A stretch of 64,000 nucleotides of DNA from an uncultured Nitrososphaerota archaeon (GTDB lineage: Archaea > Thermoproteota > EX4484-205 > JAAOZP01), in assembly GCA_964416155.1 (NCBI GenBank), contig CAYQCW010000007.1:51088-115087 (forward strand), written 5' to 3'. This document shows, piece after piece, positions 26,622-36,680 of this stretch. The number at the start of each line of letters is the position of its first letter. Position 1 is the stretch's first letter. The notes below the pieces were generated by a model. It saw nothing but the letters and a program-made list of their open reading frames with translations. It was not told the DNA's origin and searched no databases. The position numbers and the translations under genes were made by a program.

Positions 26622-28200
26622 TTTGCAGGTTCTGTTATGGTTTAGGTTTAACACTGCATCACCGGGAATAGGTTCAATACCTTCCAAGAATTCCGACGTT
26701 ATGATTTTGTCCAAATCCCTAAGTGCAATGACTAATGGAAGCCCGTACTTGGCCTTTATGAAGTAATCTTTCAACTGCTTTACTGCCCCATCCATCTGCC
26801 TCGCTACATTTATTCTTGTGGTTTTAATCTCGATTATCGCAACCAGTTCACTTTTATGATACATGTGAAAACCAGGCCCTAGCTTAAATGGTCCCATTAT
26901 TTTCGAGCTCATTCTCCAGAATATCTAGGAACTCGGACACCTTCCTTTTAATTTCATCTTTCAAGTAAAGTTTAACGTATCACTGACCAATGTCCCCCTC
27001 AAAGTTAGGGTCTTCGCGTTCTTCGCCAAAGATCTTTTTCAAATCCTCAACCATTTTCGTTAAAATTGTCTTCGGGTTTTCCAGGAATATCTAATGGTCG
27101 GATGTGGTTTCGCCCTCTCCTCTGTAATACTCTACCGTGAGTTTGCTTTTCTCCTCATCGTATTTCACGCTTTTAATCCGTCTAAATTGGCTGACCATCA
27201 ATTTGCATAAATATTCCTTGGATTCCTTGTGCACCAGCTTGATTAAGTGCTCTTTACCTCGTAATCCTTTATCGAGAAGATGACTGTGGACCCATAATCC
27301 CCCGTCTTATCGTAACGTGGGTCCTCCTTCAAGAGGATTTCGCAAATATCATTTCCACCTACAATCAGCATGTATTTCCCTAAGCTGAACGTGGTGTCGA
27401 ACGGTGCGTTCGCCTCCCTGAGGACTGTTTTGACAAACTCGTAGGTGGCGATCCTAGTTACAGTTACCTTAACTTCCTCACCATCCTCGCCTATATCGTT
27501 TGGAATGTCGAATTCAAACGTTGATCCATAACCTTTGAAAAGGTCCTTTCCTTCACCTTAATTTTTACCCAACATGGTTCATCTCCCAAGTATGATTTGA
27601 GCAGTTCCCTAGATATCCGAATCCTTAAATTATGCTTAATATGCTGCTTCAAAACGCTTTTCACCATTAAGCCGTCAGGATGGTTGATTATCCTGCTAAG
27701 CGCACGTACAACCGGTGCGACGAAGATTCCAAGCGGGCTGTAGGTTAATGCTTCGGTAACGCTACCCGTTTGAGCGTAGACTATGAGGGCGCTTGCTGTG
27801 CCAACCGCTAAGCCTGCTATAGTGATGTGTGAGACCGTGAAGGATAGGCCTGCTATCGCCACGGGTATCGGGGTTCCGGTCGTCCCCGCAAACGTAGACC
27901 GCTGCCGAGAGGCCCTCTAGTATCGTTACCGTTGCAATGGTTGTTTTAGTGTCGCTATAAGTCCCTTGGCCGGCTCGCGTCGATACGGAGGTAGCCTGTT
28001 CCACCGTACCATGTTCTCTTGTCGACGATGTAGGTTATCGCTACAGTGTTCCTATTCAGGTTGTTCCAAGAATAGGATGAGGGGGCTGCGGAAGCGTGGG
28101 TTCTGTTGAACGAAGTGGCTAAATCAGGCAGGAGGAGAAGCGTAAAGGAGGCTGAGAAGAACAGTGTTAAAAACAGGCGTCTCCAGGCACGCCCGCCCAT
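26580..28200 (-). pseudogene. Decayed secreted polymorphic-toxin-like gene with a C-terminal PD-(D/E)xK nuclease-like domain
   Basis: Signal peptide (MGGRAWRRLFLTLFFSASFTLLLL), Ala/Gly-rich hydrophobic segment, then GDIGQ...GPGFHMY..VAIIEIKTT..AVKQLKDY..KYG; many stops and frameshifts. Confidence 0.6.
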
Positions 28201-28787
28201 GAATGGGAAACGCGGGGGCTTAAGATAGAGCTTTCCAGCTTGCCCTGCCCACGATGCTGAGGCTGTCCTCACAGCACGCGCTAGACCAGCCCTGTTGAAG
28301 CGTTCAAAGTATAGGGTAGCGCACGATCCTAAAACCGCTCTACACCGTTTATCCCTCACTGTCGTATGGATCAAAGTGGTTTTCTTGAGCCATTAGGCCT
28401 CATGAGGAGGGCTAACTCCCCATAGTTAACTTGAAGGCCTGCTCCTTAATCACGGTTTTGCCCCGAGCTCTACGACGAGGCCTTTCAAATAAAGCATTTA
28501 TATTACCAGCTTATTTTCCGCCTGAAGACGGTTTAAAAAGGTTTAAGCCTCAGATTAACTCTGACAAGTCATGTTTTCCTACAAATACCTTATCCTCATA
28601 GGCTGAAGAGTAAGCCTTCCGCCAGAAGAAAAACTTTATCTTGAGACGCTTGACGCTTTAAAAACAATTGATTAGGGCGGTGGAGGCGTTCAGAACCCTA
28701 GGAGGAGTTTACGATAAACGTGAGAAAACCCTAGTGCAACCCAGGGTTCTCCATACTGTTTAGAGCTCGGAAGGAGGCTGGTTTAAA

Positions 28788-29357
28788 ATGAGTTTTGCAA
28801 AAGGTAAAAGAGTTTTCGAAGAATACGGCTACGTTATAGACTTCTTGGAGGAGGGAAGGGTTTTAAGCAGGGTCGGCAGGCCTGTGCACACGCCTTACGC
28901 GCAGCTTCTCGGCGAAAACTATTTCACCCTGCTGGAGGTTTCTCTATTCCCCCATGTCAGGCTAGGTTTTAAGGAAAGAGTTTTCATAGGTAAGGGGGAC
29001 AGGCCTCAGGTTAAGAACGTGCTTGGACGAATAAGATACGGTGAGCTGACTCCTCAAGCCAGGTACATGCTTCCCGAGGTCGCTGAATTTATAATCGTTA
29101 AAAACGAATCCCGGTTTATAGATCTCTTAAACAATCTACAATCCCTCTCGCCGAAAATGCACTCGATTGAGCTTCTACCAAGCATTGGCAAGATGAATTC
29201 TAAAAAGATTCTTGAGGAGAGAGCTAGAAAACCTTTCACGTCTTACGAAGATTTTTCAAGCAGGACTGGCGTACAGGGGATTGCGAGGCTCATGGCGCAG
29301 AGGGTTGTGGAGGAGCTTTCCACCGAGGTTAAATACCGCATATTCACAAGGGATTAG
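28788..29357 (+). CDS. DUF655 family OB-fold/HhH nucleic-acid-binding protein
   Basis: EEYGYVIDFL, AQLLGENYFTLLEV, MHSIELLPSIGK and PFTSYED motifs. Confidence 0.9.
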   Translation: MSFAKGKRVFEEYGYVIDFLEEGRVLSRVGRPVHTPYAQLLGENYFTLLEVSLFPHVRLGFKERVFIGKGDRPQVKNVLGRIRYGELTPQARYMLPEVAEFIIVKNESRFIDLLNNLQSLSPKMHSIELLPSIGKMNSKKILEERARKPFTSYEDFSSRTGVQGIARLMAQRVVEELSTEVKYRIFTRD

Positions 29358-29901
29358 GAGGCTTCCTAGATATTTTGAGCAGGATGATTTTTTCGAAAAA
29401 GAAACTCCTGCAGGAGGCTTCTTCAACAAGAAAGCCTTTCTCCTTCAGAGTCCTCTTCAAGCCTTCTACGTCTGAAAGGCTTGACTGCACGAGGAACAAT
29501 ACGCTAGCATCAGACATTAGGGGAAGCACGTTTCCTAAAAGCCTTCTCGAGAAAGCCGCGTCTTTCCCAGCAGCCCATGACGGATCCTCTTTGGGAGACT
29601 GCTCAACCGGAAGATAGGGAGGATTGCTCACTATCATGTCGAACCCAACGCCATCCCTGAACGCTGTTGCAAGATCCCCGTTTACAACATGCACAACCCC
29701 CCGAAGCCTGTTTCTCTTGAAATTGATTAAAGTGTTTCTACACGCCTCCATATAGACATCCACCGCAACCACCTCAATGTTTCTGCGTGCAAAAGCCAGT
29801 GAAACTACGCCACTTCCGCAGCCTATTTCCAGAATCCTTTTGGCTTCAACCTCTTCTACAATATCGAGAACCATGTAGGAATCCTCTGAAGGAGGATACA
29901 C
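29344..29901 (-). CDS. HemK2/N6AMT1-like (aPrmC) class I methyltransferase
   Basis: YPPSEDS, LEIGCGSG, SNPPYLP, QSSLS and FFEK motifs; true start may be 29949 (see findings). Confidence 0.92.
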   Translation of the reverse strand: MYPPSEDSYMVLDIVEEVEAKRILEIGCGSGVVSLAFARRNIEVVAVDVYMEACRNTLINFKRNRLRGVVHVVNGDLATAFRDGVGFDMIVSNPPYLPVEQSPKEDPSWAAGKDAAFSRRLLGNVLPLMSDASVLFLVQSSLSDVEGLKRTLKEKGFLVEEASCRSFFFEKIILLKISRKPPNPL

Positions 29902-29936
29902 GCCAGGGTAAACTGTAATTCTTAAGCCGTTGACAA

Positions 29937-31046
29937 CTATCTTGTCCGTAGCTCAATCACATCCCTGTCTAAAAGCTTGAAGGAAGGGCCTACTCTCAAC
30001 GGCTTAGACGTGAAACCGCCCCTCCATAATCTGGCGTACTTAAGGTTTTCAGAAAGATCTCTGTGGATTCTGGAGGCAAGCTCCTGGACGGTAGTTTCCT
30101 CATCCACGAGCAGCGGCCTACTGGAGGGTGAAACAGCGGAGGGAGGTTTCAAATACACTCGGATAAGCCCTGAGGCGTTGAAAACCGTTTTTAAAACATC
30201 ATTCTTCAAGAGCCTCTCCAAGCTGACTATAGAATCCTCCGGAATGCCTAATTGATCGGCAGGTAATCTGTCCTCATGGTTTTTCACTATTGTTAGAAAG
30301 TTTTTCCTCTGCAAACCCTTTATCGAGCTTTCAAGCGTGTAGAGAGACGTAAACTCAGAGAGGTGTATGATCCCGCTTTCCACGCCTCTTTCCTTCATAA
30401 AACTCTTAACCTCCTCTTCAGACAAGAACCGTGACTTGTTCACCACCGTTATCCCGCCCGTCCCCAAACTTTTGAAAACCGCTACGGATTTTCTGGAAGC
30501 AACATAGATGCCGAACCTACTGAGCATTTCTTTAACCAGGTTGAACTCTTCGGAAAGACTCTCGACACTTAAGAGTATCATTATTAAATCCGATTTTAAG
30601 AGTATTGTTTGAATAAGCGAGTATTTCTGGCTGCCCACCATAGACGGGGACATGGGTACGAAGCTCAGGACAATATCCTCGAAACCCGTGCTCAAAGGCT
30701 TAAGCTCGTTCAGAGACTCCAAGATAAGGTTTCCATCGAAAAATTTTACGCATGCTAGAAACTCATGGAGCAGCTTTTTATCCTCAGCCAGTATCGTCAT
30801 CAATATGGTTGTTTCGCCTTTTTCGAATGTTGCCGGCCTACTGCTGCGCCTCTTTCTTTCAGAAGTAATCTCGTCTTGAAGCCGTGATATTTGGCGTTTA
30901 ACCTGAGCCCTAAGCTTCTCAGTCCCCTTGTGCTCAGGTATCAGTGACAGGAATATCTTTAGGTTCTCAAGCTTTTCCTCCTTGCTCTTGGAGGCAACAA
31001 CCTTCTTATACTGCGCCTCAGCCTGCGGAGGGAGGTTGGTCACCAT
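29937..31046 (-). CDS. DRG/OBG-family TGS-domain protein with a degenerate G domain
   Basis: MVTNLPP..IPEHKGTEKLR N-terminus and TGS domain (IHRDL..KYARLW..RVG..LLDRDVIE); no GxxxxGKS. Confidence 0.85.
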   Translation of the reverse strand: MVTNLPPQAEAQYKKVVASKSKEEKLENLKIFLSLIPEHKGTEKLRAQVKRQISRLQDEITSERKRRSSRPATFEKGETTILMTILAEDKKLLHEFLACVKFFDGNLILESLNELKPLSTGFEDIVLSFVPMSPSMVGSQKYSLIQTILLKSDLIMILLSVESLSEEFNLVKEMLSRFGIYVASRKSVAVFKSLGTGGITVVNKSRFLSEEEVKSFMKERGVESGIIHLSEFTSLYTLESSIKGLQRKNFLTIVKNHEDRLPADQLGIPEDSIVSLERLLKNDVLKTVFNASGLIRVYLKPPSAVSPSSRPLLVDEETTVQELASRIHRDLSENLKYARLWRGGFTSKPLRVGPSFKLLDRDVIELRTR

Positions 31047-31091
31047 TCTCTTCTAAACAGCATGATAATGTTGCGGCAACTTTTTAAAAAG

Positions 31092-31856
31092 CTATCCTTC
31101 CTCAGAATTGTTTTTCAATGCCTCTATTCCCAGCCTTATTTTTCTGAGAAGCCAAAGGATGCTGCCAGCCTCCTTCACCGAGGGGGCGGAACGCCCGATA
31201 ACGTTCTTCAGAGACCTGAGCACAACGTTCTTCTTAACCTCCGGCAGGTTTAAGGCGGAGAAAATATTCTGGGTTTCAACATAAATCCTGTTTACTATCT
31301 CCCTGCTGGCCGGCCTCCTTAAAGACTTTACTCTTGCCGCCGAGCCCATGTACACCTCGTACATGAGTATTGAGGCTGAGATGGCGAGGTTCATAACGCT
31401 GTACTCGCTTGAAGCAGGTATGTGAACAACATAGTCTAGCTGCGATAACTCCTCGTTCTTAAGCCCAATGTCTTCCCTGCCGAACACTAGTAATATTCTC
31501 CCCTCTAATGGTCTGCAGAGTTCAACCATCTCCCTGGGTGAAACATACTGGCGTAGAACGCTTTTAGAGGCTTTCCGGCCGGAGGTGCCGATGCTTACGG
31601 AAGGCTTCAACTCCCGTAGGGTCTGCGAGAGATCCTCGTAAACCAGCTGGTTTTCAATGATTGGTGCACCGTGGACAGCGTAAAGCTTTGAAGAGTCTAA
31701 AACCTCTTTTTTAGGAGAGACTAAAACCAGTCTCCGGAGGGAGAAGTTCATCATCGTCCTTGCGATGAGGCCCACGTTTACAGGATATTTCGGCTCAACC
31801 AGTACGATGTAGTATTTCTCGCCTATTTCCAAGATTAGTGTATTTTCCCCCTCCAC
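31092..31856 (-). CDS. trmJ: TrmJ-family SPOUT tRNA 2'-O-methyltransferase
   Basis: IVLVEP..NVG.IAR.M.NF, VFGRED.GL.NEEL and Y.VMNLA motifs. Confidence 0.92.
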   Translation of the reverse strand: MEGENTLILEIGEKYYIVLVEPKYPVNVGLIARTMMNFSLRRLVLVSPKKEVLDSSKLYAVHGAPIIENQLVYEDLSQTLRELKPSVSIGTSGRKASKSVLRQYVSPREMVELCRPLEGRILLVFGREDIGLKNEELSQLDYVVHIPASSEYSVMNLAISASILMYEVYMGSAARVKSLRRPASREIVNRIYVETQNIFSALNLPEVKKNVVLRSLKNVIGRSAPSVKEAGSILWLLRKIRLGIEALKNNSEEG

Positions 31857-31934
31857 CGCCTTTTATCTTCTACTGGAGGGGGAAGCTTTTTAAACCGGCC
31901 TGTCTGGAAGACAAGCGGAAGGTCAGGATAAAAG

Positions 31935-32438
31935 TTGAAGCAGATGCCTTACACTAGGAAGGAATACATATCTAGAATACCTCAGGTTAGGGTGAGTAAG
32001 TTTAAACTGGGTAAGGCTGAGGATTCTGAAGCTGTCTTCCGGCTCAGGGTTAAGAAGCCGGCCTTGATAAAACAGGAGGCTCTTGAAGCAGCCCGTGTCG
32101 CAGCCAACAAGATTCTTGAGACAGAGCTGGGTGAGGCTGGTTATGTTCTAAGGCTGATCCCGTATCCCCATGTTGTTTTAAGAGAGCACAAGATGCTGAC
32201 TATGGCTGGTGCAGATAGGCTTAGCAAGGGTATGAAGAAGGCTTATGGGAAGCCTACTACGCTTGCCGCGAAGATAGAGGCGGGTGAACCCATTATAGAG
32301 GTTTTCTCAAGCCTTCAGTATGAAAACACCGTTAAGAAAAGCCTTAAGACAGCCTCCTCTAAAATTCCTGTTGAAACCTTTATAGAGAAAGAAGTTGTGA
32401 AGGAAGGGAGTGGGGTTGATGAAGGAGAGCCTAAGTAA
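31935..32438 (+). CDS. rpl10e: 50S ribosomal protein uL16 (L10e)
   Basis: PYTRKEYI, ALEAARVAANK and YPH.VLREHKM..AGADRLSKGMKKAYGKP motifs. Confidence 0.96.
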   Translation: MKQMPYTRKEYISRIPQVRVSKFKLGKAEDSEAVFRLRVKKPALIKQEALEAARVAANKILETELGEAGYVLRLIPYPHVVLREHKMLTMAGADRLSKGMKKAYGKPTTLAAKIEAGEPIIEVFSSLQYENTVKKSLKTASSKIPVETFIEKEVVKEGSGVDEGEPK

Positions 32439-33009
32439 GCTCGTCCTCGTCGGAGAGCCTCTTGCAACCTTGGAGGAGTTTTTCCCGGGAGACGGAACCT
32501 TTGAGAAAGATGGAGTAATATATTCGAGCAGGATTGGAAGAGTCAGTGTTGACAAAGACAGGCGGGCGCTCGAGGTTGTTGAGCTTAAGCCTCTTCTCGT
32601 GCCTAAACCCGGTTTCAAGATCATCGGGAGCGTGACGGGTTTTTCAAGTCATTATGCTAACGTTAGAATATTCTACGTGAATGGGAATAGGCTGGACTAT
32701 GAGTATACTGGGCTCATAAGCAGGGAGAGCTTTAGAAGAAGCTACCCTCGCTTCAGAACTGGAAACCTGAGAACCTATGTTAGGGAGAACGATCTTATTT
32801 ACGGTGAAATAATGTCAACCGTTAACGTGAATCTGATAGATCTTTCGGCCAAGGAGTATGGTGTGGTTAAGGCTTACTGCGGCGATTGTGGAGGCCCCTT
32901 GGTGCTTTTCAAGAAATACTTGACCTGTCCCTCCTGCAGGACGAGGGAGAACAGGAAGCTTAGCGTTTTCTACGATGAGCCGATTGAAAGGCTGGTGGCC
33001 AGAGTATGA
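32419..33009 (+). CDS. csl4: Exosome complex component Csl4
   Basis: EEFFPGDGTFE N-terminal domain, S1 domain, YGVVKAYCGDCG..CPSC..ENRKLS. Confidence 0.92.
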   Translation: MKESLSKLVLVGEPLATLEEFFPGDGTFEKDGVIYSSRIGRVSVDKDRRALEVVELKPLLVPKPGFKIIGSVTGFSSHYANVRIFYVNGNRLDYEYTGLISRESFRRSYPRFRTGNLRTYVRENDLIYGEIMSTVNVNLIDLSAKEYGVVKAYCGDCGGPLVLFKKYLTCPSCRTRENRKLSVFYDEPIERLVARV

Positions 33010-33293
33010 GAATAGTTTATAGAAAGAGTGGGAGGGACAGCATAGAGCTGGAGGTATACGAGGAGACCCATACTGTGCTGAACCTTTTGACGAGCTATTT
33101 AAACACGAAGCTGGTTGAAGGATACTCTGCTTACAGGGTGGAACACCCCCTTAAACAGGATGCTACGCTTTACGTAAACGTCGGAGGGGGAGATGCTAGG
33201 GAGCTTCTTTTAGAGGCTGTCAGGAGTTTGATTGAAGAATTGGAGTCTCTGAGGAGAAAGCTCGACACAGCTGCTGGAAAAGCCTTATCCTAA
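33006..33293 (+). CDS. rpoL: RNA polymerase subunit Rpo11 (L)
   Basis: ETHTVLNLL and AYRVEHPL motifs. Confidence 0.93.
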   Translation: MRIVYRKSGRDSIELEVYEETHTVLNLLTSYLNTKLVEGYSAYRVEHPLKQDATLYVNVGGGDARELLLEAVRSLIEELESLRRKLDTAAGKALS

Positions 33294-33342
33294 GCGCGTC
33301 AGTAACATTTATAATATGGCGGTTCACCCAATTAGAACCCTT

Positions 33343-33672
33343 ATGCAGATAAGGTTCTGCCCAAAATGTGGCACTAAGCTCCAGATAAAAAGAGGCAAGG
33401 ATAGCCTGCTGTACTCTTGCCCTAAATGCGGCTACGAGGAGCGTGCACATGTTGTTGAGAGAAGCGTGGAGACCGCTAGGAGAAACGGTGCTATAAAAGT
33501 TGTGAGGAAGACTACGGATCTCAACCCGCTGCCTATTACCATCGCTGTCTGCCCGAAGTGTAGGAATAAAGAGGCATACTGGTGGATAACTCAGACTAGG
33601 GGTGCAGACGAGAGTGCAACCCAGTTTTTCAAGTGTACTAAATGCGGCTATACTTGGAGAGAGTATTCTTAG
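33343..33672 (+). CDS. tfs: Transcription factor S (TFS)
   Basis: FCPKCG..CPKCG and QTRGADE..FFKCTKCGYTWREY motifs. Confidence 0.95.
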   Translation: MQIRFCPKCGTKLQIKRGKDSLLYSCPKCGYEERAHVVERSVETARRNGAIKVVRKTTDLNPLPITIAVCPKCRNKEAYWWITQTRGADESATQFFKCTKCGYTWREYS

Positions 33673-33677
33673 TAGGA

Positions 33678-34448
33678 TCAGGCTTTCTCCATTCTAGGCG
33701 CTATGAAGAAGGTTACCGTGCTGTTTTGTGCTTCCTCGATACTCTGGGTTATCTTCATAGGAAGATCAGTGTCAAACTCAAGCTTCATGTTTTCTCCGAA
33801 GAGCAGGGAGGAAACTATGCTGCCAAGCCTTTTAAGATCGTAAGAGGCTTTTGAACCCTGTTTTAAAACAGGGTTTACGAGATTCCCTTCCTCAGTCTTA
33901 AGAATAACCTGATACTCTGAGATTTCCCCTCTTGCGGAGAGCACGACAGCATTGTTCTCCACGCTTATTGAAACGTAGTCTGAAATATGTTTACCGCTGT
34001 CGAGCAGATGTTTTATCGTTGACACTTTTGTCTCGAAAGAGTTTCCGAGAGAAACCTTTGGAAGAGGAAGATCCTTATCCTCAGAGAAGAAGACAGGGAT
34101 TGTGAAGATCCTCGTAAAATCGTTGCTAACTTTAAAGCTTACTCTGTCCTCCGTGAAAGACATCTCCAGCCTTTCAGACTTAGACTCGAACTTAAGAAGG
34201 TTCAGCACGTCGCTTAAACGTATGTTCGCCTTAAGCAGTTTTTTAAACTCGAATGTTTCGAAGGCCTCTTTCGAAAGCACCAGGTCGATCATCGATACTT
34301 CCGCCAGGTCGAGAGCCCTTATGGAGAGGCCCTCGTCGCTTATCTTAACAGGCGCCTCATCTATCAGAGAAGCTGTTGCTTTAAGAGCCTTGCGAATAAT
34401 CCTGGCGTCGTTTATCACGAGCCTTGCAAGGATGTTTGGAGACGACAT
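33678..34448 (-). CDS. pcn: DNA polymerase sliding clamp PCNA
   Basis: LIDEA..GLSIRALD..VSMIDL and terminal FFIAPR. Confidence 0.92.
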   Translation of the reverse strand: MSSPNILARLVINDARIIRKALKATASLIDEAPVKISDEGLSIRALDLAEVSMIDLVLSKEAFETFEFKKLLKANIRLSDVLNLLKFESKSERLEMSFTEDRVSFKVSNDFTRIFTIPVFFSEDKDLPLPKVSLGNSFETKVSTIKHLLDSGKHISDYVSISVENNAVVLSARGEISEYQVILKTEEGNLVNPVLKQGSKASYDLKRLGSIVSSLLFGENMKLEFDTDLPMKITQSIEEAQNSTVTFFIAPRMEKA

Positions 34449-34561
34449 GACTGGTTACTAATAGCTTAGAGGACTCCTTATATAGCTTGCTTCGAAGACG
34501 CTTCAACCCTTAATGTTAATAAAGTTTCACGAGCAGACAGTATTAGAGAAGGCTTTGAAAA

Positions 34562-35590
34562 ATGATGGGTGAGAACGTCCTTAGGGCTGCGAGATACCCG
34601 TTTCTACCGGAGGCCAGGGAATTCATATCTAGAAACATCGACCTGTCGCTGGAAAGTCTGGAGAAAACAGGCTCTGAAACAGCCTTGAAAAGGGCTGTCG
34701 AAAGAGTTAAAAACGCGCTCATTTTCAAGGAGGTTAAGGTAACCGCGTTAGACGAGTTGAACTATGTGAGGGAAATGCTGTCCTTTCCGATAGCGGTCAT
34801 ACTTGTTTCAATGATTATGAACGAGTATGTGAGGAGGATGTATGCTCTCGGAGAGAGCAGAGGCGCCTACGGGAGGATGTTGAATGAGAGTGATGAGACA
34901 CTGCTCTACATCGGAGAAAAAATGGGGGTAGGAGGTGTTCTGGATGATGAGAACACCATAAGAGTGAAGATACCCACGTATTTGAGGCTAGCATACTCTT
35001 TTCACGCACCTCGTTGGAAGCTTGTAAACAGAGCTGTGAATAATGGGTACGTCTCGATGGGGAAAACAGAGTACGCAAGGCTCATCCAAGTCGAGGTGAA
35101 CAATTATGTTTATGAAAAGACTCTCGAGCCTGTTCCGGCTGGAGCCGTGCCCGATAGCTTTAGGAGGGCGGTTGATGAAATAGTTGAACTATGGAATAGG
35201 CTTGAGACAGGTAAAGCTAGCCGCATTCCCTTAAGGGAGAGGGAGGATACACCCCCATGCATCGGCAGGATAATTAGAAGGATGGAGAACGGTGAGAACG
35301 CTTCACACTTTGAGAGGCTGGTTGTAGCGACCTTCATGATCTCTAGAAACAGGAGTATTGACGAGATAATCGAATTCTTCTCGAAACAGCCTGACTACAA
35401 GTATAGTGTTACTAAATACCAAGTTGAGCATTTGGCTGGCATCCGGGGAGGAGGTAAAAAGTATTCTGTACCCAGCTGCAGAACAATACTCACCAACGGG
35501 CTCTGCTATCCCGACGAGTATTGCAAAGGGATTAAACATCCTTTAAGATATGGTGAGAAGAATGTTGCAGGCGAGCCTCGAATTCCTTAA
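34562..35590 (+). CDS. priL: DNA primase large subunit
   Basis: ARYPFL, WKLVNR, PPCI..HFER..YQVEH..YSVPSC..LC..C (Fe-S cysteines). Confidence 0.93.
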   Translation: MMGENVLRAARYPFLPEAREFISRNIDLSLESLEKTGSETALKRAVERVKNALIFKEVKVTALDELNYVREMLSFPIAVILVSMIMNEYVRRMYALGESRGAYGRMLNESDETLLYIGEKMGVGGVLDDENTIRVKIPTYLRLAYSFHAPRWKLVNRAVNNGYVSMGKTEYARLIQVEVNNYVYEKTLEPVPAGAVPDSFRRAVDEIVELWNRLETGKASRIPLREREDTPPCIGRIIRRMENGENASHFERLVVATFMISRNRSIDEIIEFFSKQPDYKYSVTKYQVEHLAGIRGGGKKYSVPSCRTILTNGLCYPDEYCKGIKHPLRYGEKNVAGEPRIP

Positions 35591-36680
35591 AAGAGAATTC
35601 TTCAAGTACTACTATGAGAACATCAGTAGACTGGTACCGCCGGAGCCGATAAGAGGCAGGGAATTCGGCTTCTTCCTGGAAAAAGGAAGGGGGATGTTTA
35701 GACATAAGTGTTTCAACAGCCTAAGGGATTTTCACGAGTTCATTCTGAATGAAATACCTCTCGACATCTATGTTTCCGCCGCAAACTATGAGGACCCGGG
35801 TAACAGGGATATGTCTGAGAAAAAACTTGTTAACTCGGAGCTTTTCTTCGACATAGATGCGGAGTCGGTTACCGCTGTTAGCGAAGAGGAGTCAGCCTGG
35901 ATCTGTCAGAAATGCGGCCAGTACGATATAGGGTTGATAGACAGATGCTCCTCATGCGGCTCTCCAACAGAGCTGGTTAGACTGGTTAGTGAAAAACAGT
36001 TGAAGGAGGCTCTTAGGGAAACTGAAAAGCTGATCCATGTTTTGACGGAAGATTTTGGAATAGCCCCAGGGAACATACATGTCTTCTACAGTGGAAACAG
36101 AGGATACCATGTGCATGTAAATCAAGAAGACTTTCTAAACATAACGGGAGAGGGCAGGAGGGAGATTGTAGACTACCTTTTGATCCAAGGATTAGACGAG
36201 AAAGAGCTGTTTAATTTTTTAAAGAAGGGAGGGAGTATTGGGGGCACGGGCCTAAAGGGGGTTAAGAGAAGAGTGTGCATGAGGGTTCTTGAAAAAGCCG
36301 TATTCATGGATAAACTTAAAGCGAGCAGAAGGGAAACAGTTTTAAAAATGCTTGTGAACGTTGTCGAAGAGCTAAAGGTGAGGATCGATCCTGTTGTAAC
36401 CATCGACATGCACAGGTTGATGAGGATGCCTGAAAGCATTAACAGTAGCGGCAGCATGGTGAAGAGGAGAATTCGGCTTGAGGATTTGCCATCGTTCAAA
36501 CCTTTAGAGGAGGCTATTGCTTTCGGCGAAGAGGAAGCCTGTTTAAAAGTGAAGATAGTGCCCAGGTTCAGCCTAGGGGGGAAAACCTTCGGGCCTTTTA
36601 AGAATGAAGCGGTTGAGCTGCCTGCTTACGCTGCCATATATATCATTTGCAAAGGGTTGGGGGAATATGCCGGAAGATAG
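35562..36680 (+). CDS. priS: DNA primase small subunit (with an inserted CxxC..CxxC)
   Basis: REFGF, ELFFDIDA, SGNRGYHV and IDPVVTID.HRL.RMP.S motifs. Confidence 0.95.
   Translation: MLQASLEFLKREFFKYYYENISRLVPPEPIRGREFGFFLEKGRGMFRHKCFNSLRDFHEFILNEIPLDIYVSAANYEDPGNRDMSEKKLVNSELFFDIDAESVTAVSEEESAWICQKCGQYDIGLIDRCSSCGSPTELVRLVSEKQLKEALRETEKLIHVLTEDFGIAPGNIHVFYSGNRGYHVHVNQEDFLNITGEGRREIVDYLLIQGLDEKELFNFLKKGGSIGGTGLKGVKRRVCMRVLEKAVFMDKLKASRRETVLKMLVNVVEELKVRIDPVVTIDMHRLMRMPESINSSGSMVKRRIRLEDLPSFKPLEEAIAFGEEEACLKVKIVPRFSLGGKTFGPFKNEAVELPAYAAIYIICKGLGEYAGR

Noticed and set aside
28260-28440. GINGVERF-like fragment reminiscent of a DDE transposase
   Set aside because: Too short and interrupted; no terminal inverted repeats or target duplication found
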